Shown one piece after another: positions 1 through 12,150 of a stretch of DNA of 64,000 bases. The position numbers were made by a program, and so were the translations under genes. Location of the stretch: the NCBI GenBank assembly GCA_951406725.2, contig OX597822.1:28644001-28708000 (forward strand). The letters are read 5' to 3'. Origin of the DNA: Octopus vulgaris. Lineage: Eukaryota. The notes under the pieces were generated by a model. The model ran no database searches and was not told where the DNA came from. It saw only the letters and a program-made list of their open reading frames with translations. Within the stretch, counting starts at the first letter, position 1, and every line of letters begins with the position of its first letter.

Positions 1-181
1 TTTGATGAATCATTAGTATATGATCCAGTTTGATTCATTAGATAACCCAATCTGGTTACGCGTAGCTGATTTTTGTTTAGCAAAGGAGAAATATTATAGA
101 ACTTAAAAATATATTTTATAATTTACACTGCTCGATGTTCTCTTAGCGAAGTTTCTTTTTCATGACATAGTTTAAGTCCAG

Positions 182-245
182 TTTGTTTGTTTGTTTGTTT
201 GTTTGTTTGTTTGTTTGTTTGTTTGTTTGTTTGTTTGTTTGTTGT
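182..245. repeat. (GTTT)n microsatellite
   Basis: Direct tetranucleotide repeat; explains spurious ORF 183..407. Confidence 0.95.
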
Positions 246-439
246 TTTTGTTTTTTGTTTTACTCAATCTCATCTGCTGAGATAGTTTGGTTTTTAGTTG
301 TTTTCTTGGTTTGGTTCTGTTACACACTGGTATCCGTCTATCTCACAGGATCAAGGGCTCGTGGGAATAGGCGTGATTATATGAGTCATGCTTTCAACAG
401 ATCCTGATTAATTCCTCGTACAGAAACTTCATTCCCTCG

Positions 440-760
440 TTAACATTGAGATTGCCGATTTGTTTCCAAGATTTCAGTTTCGATTTCATTCCACTTGACC
501 TTCCTGAAATTCAAGTTCATGAGGAGTGAGCCAGGCTGGATGTTATTTTTGTGTGTTACCCTCTTTGTACCATATACAGATAATTGTATAATGTGGTCGG
601 AAATAACTATCGGAATGATCTGAACATTGTGAGTGAAGTCTGTATTAATGGTAATGACTGGGTCGAGTATTTTACCCCTGGTTGGACTAATAAGGATCTG
701 TGGTATGAGAAAGTCTTTTAATAGTATCGAAAAAAGCATTCATATCTTTCCTCTTCCCTT
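440..760 (-). mobile_element. CR1/L2-type LINE APE-endonuclease fragment (degenerate)
   Basis: Translation PTRGKILDPVITIN...ISDH...LNFRKVKW resembles the C-terminal PTR..ILDL..SDH and NF.KA.W motifs of CR1/L2 endonucleases. Confidence 0.7.
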
Positions 761-1248
761 GCATAATTTCAGGTTGGATATAACCCTCAGGCTAGCTGAG
801 ATTAGGAAAACTAATCAGTTGTCCTCAAAGAGGTTTGGCTTATGAGCGACAAAAACTTTTGAAGTGATCTCCATGGCTATCTACATCAGGAAGACTGTAA
901 GTAATACCTATGATCAAATTGGGGCCAATCACGTGCATTATTAGTGTATCGCGCATTATGTTGGGGTGGGGAAGGAGGACATTTGTTGCCAGGTCTTCTT
1001 GGGTAAAAATTGCTATTTCTCCTTAGTTCCATATTCTGTGATAAGTTCTGAATAGTACAAAACCTGACATATGTATTTCCGCATCCAATATGTCTGGGGT
1101 CAGTTGCGTTTTCTGTAGATTTGGTTGTGGTTTGAAGTCATGCTTTTACTAGAGCATCGAGTCCCTAAAGGATTACTGAAGGGACAGTCATATATCAGAA
1201 ATAATCTTTCGTGTTGCGAAAACAATAGATTCCGGGTTACATATGTGC

Positions 1249-1478
1249 GGCGAGCTGGCAGAGACGTTAGCACGCCGGGCGAAATGCGTAGCCGTATTTC
1301 GTCTGCCGTTACGTTCTGGGTTCAAATTCCGCCGAGGTCGACTTTGCCTTTCATCCTTTCGGGGTCGATAAATTAAGTACCAGTTACGCACTGGGGTTGA
1401 TGTAATCGACTTAATCCGTTTGTCTGTCCTTGTTTGTTCCCTCTGTGTTTAGCCCCTTGTGGGTAGTAAAGAAAATAT
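1249..1478 (+). mobile_element. tRNA-derived SINE, family A (Meta-domain-like central region)
   Basis: Box A-like TGGCAGAGACGTT, box B-like GGTTCAAATTCC, central GCCTTTCATCCTTTCGGGGTCGATAAATTAAGTACCAG; further copies at ~37045 and ~53620. Confidence 0.8.
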
Positions 1479-1554
1479 ATGTAGTAGTTATTAAGCGTCA
1501 TTTAGCATTTAGTGGTGGTGGCGGTGCTGGTGGTGCTGGTGCTGGTGCTCCGTG

Positions 1555-1757
1555 GTCGTCGTCATCGTCGTCGTCGTTGTCGTCGTCGTCGTCGTTGTTG
1601 TCGTCGTCGTCGTTGTCGTCGTCGTCGTCGTTGTCGTCGTCGTCGTCGTTGTCGTCGTCGTCGTCGTTGTCGTCGTCGTCGTCGTTGTCGTCGTCGTCGT
1701 CGTTGTCGTCGTCGTCGTCGTTGTCGTCGTCGTCGTCGTTGTCGTCGTCGTCGTCGT
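1555..1757. repeat. (GTC)n compound microsatellite with 18-bp superperiod (GTC)5GTT
   Basis: Seen directly; produces poly-S/R/V/T spurious ORFs. Confidence 0.95.
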
Positions 1758-2045
1758 GGAAAATCTAGAGACTGTGTTGTATAATAGGCCATCAATTGTT
1801 CTACTATTGAAGAGTGACTGCCAATGGCGATCATGTTGTCGTTGCAATTGTTTAGTTGTGGTAAGAGTAAGAGCAGTAGAACATAATGACAATGATGATG
1901 ATGGTGATGAAGAGTCACTTGAACTATTTCGAGAGAATGAAATAGCTACACAGAGATGGGCTCTTGATTGTGGAGTTTCATATTTCCTTAATTGTATCGA
2001 GGAGTGGCCGTAGTTTTCGTTGTTTTGTTGTTGTAACATTGTTGT

Positions 2046-2085
<40 letters not shown>

Positions 2086-2277
2086 CTCAGTTGATGACCA
2101 CAGCATCTTGTTTTGGCTACACGCGGGTGGGAAGGGGCTGGTGACACAATCTTTTCATTCACACTTGGGTGAATTGGGTGATACTAGTTGCGGATTCTAG
2201 CTCGCTCTGATACTGAGTTGAGTTGGTGCCTTCTAGTATCTCAAAATTCAATATATAATCATTTATGATTATAGTAT

Positions 2278-2377
2278 TCTACGCTGAAGAGAAAAGAAGT
2301 TTGGGTAAGGTAGAATTATTTAATATTTAATTCTTATGCTTTCCTAAAAACTTGATTTCGAAACGTGCGTCCGTAGA
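2278..2377 (+). ncRNA. Type I hammerhead ribozyme with extended stem II
   Basis: TCTACG-CTGAAGA-[GAAA..~70-nt imperfect hairpin..TTTC]-GAAAC-GTGC-GTC-CGTAGA; 6-bp stem I, GUC cleavage triplet. Confidence 0.85.
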
Positions 2378-2564
2378 TAACTTAAAATTGTATGATAGAT
2401 TGCCGTCAATTCATTCTCACTTACCTGTTTGTGTCTGCCTTCCAATTGCTGTGTTTTTACTGAGATCTCCCTTTTTAGTAGAAGAAATAGCTATAAATCT
2501 TTGACTGCTATTTCTAAATTCGGTCTGTGGTAAGGCAATTCGTTGCTAAACCCTTTATTGCTTA

Positions 2565-2622
<58 letters not shown>

Positions 2623-2887
2623 ATATATATGTATGTATAACTTGCATTTAACATATGATCTTCCAATCTAGATCCATACATGTATATTTATACACACACA
2701 CACACACACATATATGTATGTATATATATATATATATATACACACACGTGTGTACCTGCATATATGAGATCCTATACATATATATATGTATGTATTCGTC
2801 CATTCGTATGCGTATGTGCGTGTATCTAGTTGTATGTTTATACCCATATGCTAAGATGTGCGTGTATGAGAGCGTATGTATATGTGC

Positions 2888-2944
<57 letters not shown>

Positions 2945-3222
2945 GATATATGTATATATATATGTATATATATATATATATATGTATCAGAAGAAATGAG
3001 GTACTCAGAAAATCGGATGGTTTGTATTAACAGATATTTGTTTGTATATTACATATTTTATATATCATATAACTTAGATCATGTATTAGCACTTTCTCCC
3101 ATTCTAGTTGGGTTTTCAAATCAAACTAAGTTCCTGTGTGAGGAGTTCTGACCATTTTATAGTGGTATTGAGTTTGTAGTGATGGGGAGGAATATAAGAC
3201 AGTACAAGAGGGTGATGGATGA

Positions 3223-3278
<56 letters not shown>

Positions 3279-3559
3279 ATATGCATGTATGTATGTATGT
3301 ATGTATGTATGTATGTATGTATGTATGTGTGTCTGTGTAAAGGGGTTAATTTCATTCTTAAGAACATGATAACAGTATATTCACTCTGTACAGTGAAGAC
3401 TCATTACGTCATTTTCTCTAAACTAGAATGTTCCATGTTCATATTTGAATTTTTTGGCGTTTTAATTTTTCCTTGTTTTTTACTAATTCGCGAAGTTGAT
3501 GGACATATAGCGGTACGTAAAATCGAATCAGAAACTCTCTACTGAGACTTTGTACCGAT

Positions 3560-3601
3560 GTACCTGAAGAGACCCATAACGGGTCGAAACATGTATCGTA
3601 C
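3560..3601 (+). ncRNA. Minimal type I hammerhead ribozyme (stem III mismatch)
   Basis: GTAC-CTGAAGA-GACCC-ATAAC-GGGTC-GAAAC-ATGT-ATC-GTAC, followed by AATAAA. Confidence 0.8.
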
Positions 3602-3986
3602 CCAATAAAATATTTTACTCAATCCATCTATTTTATTAATACTGTTACCCTAACCGCCACTACGAAGTTCCTACAGTAAATCTACGGATAACAACTTATA
3701 AACAAAACTGTACCGGTGCTTTACTCATCTTTTTATACATTTTGTACAATTTCTTCATTATAGGTAAACATATATGAGATGTATTCGTATCTAGAAGACC
3801 CAAAGAGTAGCAGGTAACGCTAAGTAAATGCTATGGGCAGACGGTAGTTAAACTCTTGGTTCGATAATGATACGAGTGAGGAGTCTAAGGTGGGTCTTGT
3901 ACTAGCATGCATATATATATTAGATAGAATGAGATAACAAAGCAAAGTTGTGAGTTTTCAGGACATGTATAAGGGAATAGTCTTAC

Positions 3987-4058
<72 letters not shown>

Positions 4059-4393
4059 TGACGCATATTTGCCATTTGAATATGGCTAACCCCTAAGTGT
4101 GGATGCTACTGTAGTTTGTAGCCCCAGGAAGATATCTCCTCCAGCTGGCTATAGACACACTATCTGTATCCTCTCAGTATTTGTGAAGGGGAGTCATCCT
4201 CCCCTTCTTCAACTCAGGATACACACGGACCCGAGTTTCAAGGTGTTTACCTTTCATCAACGTGTGACAATAATGGTTGTCGACGAGAAGTCAGCTCCCT
4301 TCACAAATACATATACTTTTTCCAGTGTCGATTGACACTGATATTGAAAAAGTGAAATCAAACAATGATAAATCTCAGAGCGAGTTATAAACA

Positions 4394-4797
<404 letters not shown>

Positions 4798-4941
4798 TTT
4801 AAAAAAACACAAAAATTTCCACACGAAAGCACGTGATCTCTGCCCTTGGCATGTAGCTTCAACCGTGTTTTATCTGACGTGAATTTGCTACCCAGGTATC
4901 GGTTAACCGAATTATCCATGCTAAGAAAATTCATTCAACTA

Positions 4942-5015
<74 letters not shown>

Positions 5016-5184
5016 TCCAATAACACCATATTTGTTCCACGTCCTCGAGTTCTGCTTTCTCTTTGTTCATGTTTGGAGTAACTACATATATATGTGCGTG
5101 CGCGAACCCGTGTGTGTGTGTGTGTCTGTGTGTGTCTGTGTGTCTGTGTGTGTGTGTGTGTGTGCGTGCGTGCGTGTGTTTTCA

Positions 5185-6700
5185 TCAACGAGATGTCCAA
5201 TAGATGAGACTGCGATTTCATGCATTTTAGCTAATGAGAAGAACACTTCTGGGTTGGGTTTTATTTAATCAATGGCCCATTTCTCTTCTGCTTTTCTTTG
5301 ATCGTCAATAACATTTCTCAAACAGTTTTGGAGATTGTGTTTCCTTGATTCTAGTGAGCATATATCCGCCATGTGGAAGTGTTGCAACTAGCAATATCTT
5401 AGCTGGTTTATTTTTCGATTCGTTCTCTTTATCTTTCGTATGAGTGATTTTCTGGGACGCGTTAGTCCGTATTTTGTCTTGTTCATGAACCATAGGGGGG
5501 TGTAATCATATGTTTGTGACAATGTCCATAAATAGCAGCCATGATGAATCAATGCTTCTTGTAGCAAAGGTGTCTGCGAAAGGCCAATCAATGAGTGAGA
5601 GCTCGTGGTTGATTGCAGACCAGTTAGCATTGTGAAGATCCATGAGATTGAAGAGGTGTGAGTGATTGAGATCACTCGGATACGCAATTGTTGCCAGAAT
5701 CTTAGGTGACAGAGAACCATAGAGTGGTCGGAAAGAAGAGTTTTCCACTGTAATATCGTGGATATTGTTTTTGTTGTTACTTTGCACTAAATCCAGAATG
5801 TTCTTGTTGAATCGCGTTGGTACGAGCACGACTTGGGATAGGAAAAATTCATCCATAAATTGAAATAAGGATTCCACTGCGGCTTTGTCTGAAGTGAAAC
5901 TGTACGCACCAGTTTTCAGGGTATGAGTAGACCAGTTAATACAGGGGAAATTGAAGTTGCCAATCATTAAAATATTATCAGGATGACATTGTTGAATGAA
6001 GGACTTGATGTTTGTGAGGCAGTCCTTAAGCACAATAGCAGTGCATGAGCTGGCCTGTAGAGCCCAATTATTTCTAAATCATTGTGATACTGATTCACAA
6101 TAGCCCTTGGAAAATGTGACATTTCTTTCTGCAGTAAATGAGTCTTGTAGGAACATGACAACTCCTACCATTTTTCTACCTATGCGGTCGGCTCGTATTG
6201 TGGTGAAATTCCTTACTTTTACTTCAGCTTCCAAGTGGAAGTTGTTAAGGTAGGTTTCAGTAATGAAGAAGAAGGGAACGTGATGAGTGTAGTCGGTAAC
6301 CCAATCCTCAATGGATTGCATGGAAGGGTGTGCATATGCCTTGAACATTGGGTAAGAATGTTGAGACTGGAGTAGTGGCCTGGTCAGACTTTTTTAGATG
6401 TTTTGGTGCAAATCTATGGGTCAATGACAGTGACGAGGATAGGTTTTGCACTGAGGTAGCGGCAGAGGTTGATTCCGTGTGATAGCCATGATATTCTTCT
6501 GGATCACTTTGGGTCTTTTCTGGATCTCTTTGGATAACCTGGTTAAGGAGAACTCCGTAACTGGAGTTGTGTCTACATTCACAGTTATGTTGATTGCTTC
6601 AGTCCAGATGGAGGATATCTAAACGGAACCCTTTTCCCCTTAAATTTCTTTTTTTACGGAAGCCCACGTTTTATGCTATGGAGATTTCGATTTAAAGAAA
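5185..6700 (-). mobile_element. CR1/L2-like LINE 5' portion (APE endonuclease and linker), frameshifted
   Basis: Motifs ITETYL, RADR, YRP, GNFNFPCINW, PTR..NILDLV across ORFs 6079-6348 and 5506-6033. Confidence 0.85.
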
Positions 6701-6946
6701 ATTTTTCAAAATTCCGCAAATACAAACTATCAATTTCCACCCCTTCCCCATTTCTTCATTTTTCACTTTTTCCGGAAATATTTTTTTGGCGAAATACGAA
6801 CAAAAATACGGAGATTATGAATCTGAAAAATAAAACTATTTGTAAAATTTCAATTATTTAAAAACAAAAATAAATTATCCTCCCCCTCAAGCAGTCTATT
6901 TACATGCTAGAAATAACAGCCGAATCCCAGCATTTATAGAGAGAAT

Positions 6947-6998
6947 GTCTTACAGCTGTTTCTAGGATATTAATTAATAATATCACCTCATCGGAGAC
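6947..6998 (-). ncRNA. Type I hammerhead ribozyme (CCGAUGA core variant)
   Basis: Minus strand GTCT-CCGATGA-[GATATTATTAATTAATATC hairpin]-GAAAC-AGCT-GTA-AGAC; left arm of inverted repeat 6931-7020/7291-7381. Confidence 0.75.
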
Positions 6999-7313
6999 GG
7001 TGTGAGAGGAAACTTAAGTCATAGTTAGTTTAAAGAGTGAGGTGGGGGAAAGAAAATAGATGCAAGATATGTATGGGTATTGATGTTGTAAATCCGTTTT
7101 ATAGGCATAATGGTATATATGCAATATTCTAATATCCTTTGAATAAAATCCAAAAGTCTAAGAGGTTTTAAAATGAGACCTTCCAAATATAGAGTTTATA
7201 AGCAATGTAAGATTCCATTATTTAAAACTTTTAAAACTTGGTTATTCTCAGTAGGAAATTTATATAGAGTGATGCAGAGTCAAAGATTTGTGACTTAACC
7301 TTCCTCTCACACC

Positions 7314-7365
7314 GTCTTCGATGAAGGGATATTATTAATTAATAACCCAGAAACAGCTGTAAGAC
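7314..7365 (+). ncRNA. Type I hammerhead ribozyme (C3U variant)
   Basis: GTCT-TCGATGA-AGGGATATT...AATAACCCA-GAAAC-AGCT-GTA-AGAC; right arm of the same inverted repeat. Confidence 0.65.
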
Positions 7366-7574
7366 CTTCTATCTATAAATGCTCTAATATCTATACAGCC
7401 TTGGTTTTTTATCACATTACGCAAAAAATTCTTATATTCACACGCTGACATAGAGCCAACGTTGAACCTTTATTCGGAATATCACCAAATCTGGAACTTA
7501 ACTATGGTCTGTCTGTCTATAGCACTTATTCAGCATTACCTGATACCTTTGTGTCACAACGATACCATTATCTC

Positions 7575-7641
<67 letters not shown>

Positions 7642-7669
7642 TGTGTGTGTGTGTATGTGAGCGCGCGCG

Positions 7670-7870
7670 TGTTTGTGTGTGTGTGTGTAGACAACAGACA
7701 TTGGGGGAGTTTATGTCCCCGGAAATTAACGGTTCGGCAAAAGAGACCAATAGAATAAGTACTAGGCTTACAAAGACTAAGTCTTGGGGTCGATTTATTT
7801 GACTAAAGGCGTTTTCCACCATGACCGCAGTCAAATGACTGAAATAATGACCGCAGTCAAATGACTGATG
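7670..7870 (+). mobile_element. 3' half of SINE family B
   Basis: CGGTTCGGCAAAAGAGACCAATAGAATAAGTACTAGGC...CATGACCGCAGTCAAATGACTGAAA, tail duplicated. Confidence 0.75.
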
Positions 7871-8849
7871 TAGACAAAGAATTCTTTCTATTTATAGATA
7901 TAGGAAGGGGTAGTATAAATGTCAAAACCATAAACCTATTCCCATTTTGAGGAACTCAGTTTAGATACATTTGAATGTATTATAGCAAGAAGCTGGTAGG
8001 GTGAAGTTAGAGGGATAGGGAAACATAGACTACTAGTGCTCTAGAGGTTTTAATGTCCCTTACCATTTAACATCCAGATTCCATATTAAGAAATTTAAGT
8101 AAATATTCTTTAGATAATTTTCTAAAGAATTTCAATAAATTTAGTATCTTATATAGGGATAGAAAATATAGAAATCATTTCATATTTATATAAATATATC
8201 TATATATATCCATTTCTATTAATATATAATCATAATTAGCTAGTAAATGGTGATATTTTTATTGAGTTGAATTAAAAGAAAATGTTATACATAATATTTA
8301 CTAACTGTGGAAAGAAAAACTGTATTAATTTAGCACATATATCAGGAGTCAATAAAATATATTAAAAACGTAATGAAAGGGAGGTAATCGTGATGAACGA
8401 AGTAATTTTTCTAGATATATAGAATTTTTTACAGTTATTTCATATTTATATATCTTCATTTCTATTGATATAGAATCATAATTAGCTACTAAATGGTGAT
8501 TTGTTTTATTAATGAGTCGAATTGAAAGAATATGTTATACATAATATTCACTAACTGTGGAGGAAAACTTTATCAATTTGATAAATATATCAGGAGTCAA
8601 TAAGATATATTAAAAAGTAATGGAAGGGGGATAATCAAGATGAACCAAGTAATTTCCCTAGATATATAGAGCATTTTTCCATCCTATATAGGAGAGTATA
8701 AAAAAAAATTCTAATTTCATTATATTCAGATTTATATATATAATGAAATTTCTTAGTAATCTATGCAGGTTAAATAAAAGCTAGTATGGTATATTCATTT
8801 TTTATCATCTAACATTATCATCTAACAATGAAATTTTTAATTCTCACTC

Positions 8850-9435
8850 AAATCATTATAAAGTTGCTTTATTTGGAGCTGGATACGACCAGGAAATCAC
8901 TTTCCTAGATCTTGATAATATAGATCTTTCAAATGAATAAATGAATGAAAATAGCGCAAATAATATTGAATCTTGTATTTTTTTAAAATATAAATCAATT
9001 GAAACGAGTAACCTAGTATATTAACCTGATACGATAATTAGAAATGGTAAACAGATCATAGATAAGTATAAAAAGTTTAAGCTAGATAAAATAAATATAA
9101 ATAATAATTTTAAAAATCTCTCCCACAGAGAAAAAACCAAATAAACATAAATATAAGACTAAAGAGAATAACGAATCTCTAAAGGACATAGATAACATTA
9201 TTCTTCCCAACCTTACTCAAATAAAAAAAATTCAAAAGAAAAAATGTTGTATGGTTAAATATCCCCTTCAACTGGATGATTTCTACGAACATATACGGCG
9301 AATTTAGGTCTATACTAGAAAAAACTTCCCTGTTTCCCATAAATATTATAAAATAATTTCTAATAAATCGGTAAGAATATCATACTCCACTCTTCCAAAT
9401 ATGGGTACCATAAGAGCTAGACTAAATGGAAAAAA
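8850..9435 (+). mobile_element. Penelope-like element RT/linker remnant
   Basis: Decayed frames give ITFLDL and FPVSHKYYKIISNKSVRISYSTLPNMG, resembling the PLE KHFP..HK..KI.N...V..SYS..PN motif. Confidence 0.65.
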
Positions 9436-9440
9436 TATCA

Positions 9441-9502
<62 letters not shown>

Positions 9503-11489
9503 TTAATAATTTTAATAATAATAATAATAATAACATTAATATTAGCAATAATAATGATAATATCAATGATAAAAATTAAAATGTGGAACGTGAGGAAATT
9601 GGGAAAAGATTAATAACAAACAACCCTAACTTACATAACGATATAATTATAGATAAGGGAAATAACACTAATGCTAATAACAGCTCTAGTAATGAAAATG
9701 AAAACAATTTGTTCCTAAATAATACTGATACCAAGAATCATAAAAGCTACTATGGTATACAAATTTTTTATTTGGTTACAAATTATTAAGATTTCAAAAT
9801 TTAGGTATGGTCAGAATGTTATTATTTAAAATACTTAAACGTACGGGTAGCACAGTGTATACAGGATTTCAATAGTTCGGAACGGTTATTCAATAAGTTT
9901 GTATTATTCTTATGTTTAAATCAGCCGAAACGTTGTGGTAACAACAAACAAGATGACACATATCCGTCCAGTGTAAATAATGTAAACACAAGTTTTCTTC
10001 CTTTCTTAAACTGCCTGGAACCCTATTTTGTATTTTTTCGATCCAAAAATGCACATCGGCTTCTCTCGATTAAACTTTCTTAAGAAGATTACCAAAGCTT
10101 CTAGACCAAACTAAATATTCACAATTTTAGCAGGGTTTTTTCATTATTTTTTGTATACATATGAATAAATTACTGGGAATTCCAACTTACATCATATTTC
10201 AAAATATAATCACAAATTCTCATAACAATCAATCTGTTTTAAAATGCTTTAAAATTGATTCTTCTTTTATTGTTTATTCTTCCACTACCGTTTTCAAATC
10301 TTAGATCACAGGCAGAAGTTATCGAAAATGGAACGGATTTTCACAAAAGTCCATCCATTGAAGATTTACTTGATAAACCTTATTACATATTGATATTAAT
10401 CTATCCGTTAAGGCAACGAGCTGGCAGAACCATTAGCACACAAGGCAAAATACTTCGCAGCATTTCGTCTGTCTTTACATTCTCAGTTCAAATTTCGTCA
10501 CGACCCCTCCTCGGAAATTGCTATCTTTTTGCCGAAATTTGGAATCAATATTACTCTATTGGTTCTCTCACATTTCCTTTCACTTAGCAGTCGATTGCTC
10601 CCAATATCGACCATTTTGCACTTGCATTTGACTCTCTTCTTCTGTGTGTATACCAGTGACCGTATGTACGATCATATATGCATGAAAAATACATATATGT
10701 GTGTCTATGTATGTGTGCGTGTATTCGTAAAACTTAATGCATACACGTCCATACATATTCACTTATAGACCTAAACATCTATACCTACACACACACACAC
10801 ACACACACACAAGCACATACATACATACATACATACATACATACATACATACATACATACAAAGATACAGGGCAAGCATGAAGTCTATACACAGGGGAAA
10901 CATGACTTACTCATTAATATCGCTAATAATGATTGTGTAGAGTGAGTTTCGTCGCTCATCAGATATTAGTTCGTTTCACGTCTTTTTCTGACGTATGATG
11001 GAGAAGGTGTACTCAGTGAAAATCACAGATGAAAACCATGTTGAAAATGTCATTCTTTCATGAAGTTCAATCATATTATTGAATAATATTATTTTCGCTC
11101 ATGTATGTAGACTTAACGTTCACACTTTACATGCATACATGAATAAATAAATAAATAAATTTCTGATTGAACAAACAAAAGAAACATAATTCAGTATATG
11201 AATATATCACCTTTTTTTTATTTTTAATCGCAAGAATGTTACAAAAGTTACTCAAAGGCCGAGAGCTTCGTAGGCGGCACATAAAACACTGACTTAAAGT
11301 TAAAGGACTAATTACATAAAAAGAGAATATTTCGTGAAGTCTAATATTGGTAGGTCACGTGGATATAATGTAATTGTTACAATAATACTTATTAGTATTA
11401 ACCCTATGCTTGCTAAAAGCAGTATATCATCTGCTCCGTCTATGGTATTACGTATCACTCTATGGCTACTCTTTTACACTTTTACTCTT

Positions 11490-11880
11490 CTACTTGTTTC
11501 AGACATTTGGCTGCGACCATGATGGAGCAACGCCTTTAATCGAGCAACTCGACCCCGGGACTTATTCTTTGTAAGCTCAGTACTTATTCTATCGTTATCT
11601 TTTGCCAAACCGCTACGTGACGCGGACATAAACACAACAGCATCGGTTGCCAAGCAATACTAGGGGAACAAACAAAGACACAGAAATATACACGCACATA
11701 TATATATATATATATACATATATACGACGGGCTTCTTTCAGTTTCCGTCTACCAAATCCACTGTCAAGGCTTTGGTCGGCCCGAAGCTATAATAGAAGAC
11801 ACTAGCCCAGGGTGCCACGCAGTGGGACTGAACCCGAAACCATGTGGTTGGTAAGCAAGCTACTTACCACACAGCCACTC
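11490..11880 (-). mobile_element. tRNA-derived CORE-type SINE, family B (octopus OR-like)
   Basis: Reverse complement of GAGTGGCTGTGTGGTAAG...GGTTCAGTCCCACTGCGTGGCACC..GGC. Confidence 0.85.
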
Positions 11881-12150
11881 CGGTTATAACGCCGGTTATA
11901 AACGTTTCGATATAAATTAAATTCGCTGTGCTATTGGATTCCTTACTTGCTTCCTTTAATTAATGAGTTTCGCCTCAGTTACTTCCCTTACACTAGCTTC
12001 CGTAAATTCACTATTGTTTTTCACTATTAGCTCTAACCAAACAGAACACAGATCTTCATTATTTCTTTAGAATCATTCATATTATGACTTACCTTATCCG
12101 TTTAGTTATCACTTTACAAGTCGTATTATTATTATTATTATTATTATTAT

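Noticed and set aside
1430-2039. Long poly-S/T/R/V ORFs
   Set aside because: Translations of the (GTC)n microsatellite
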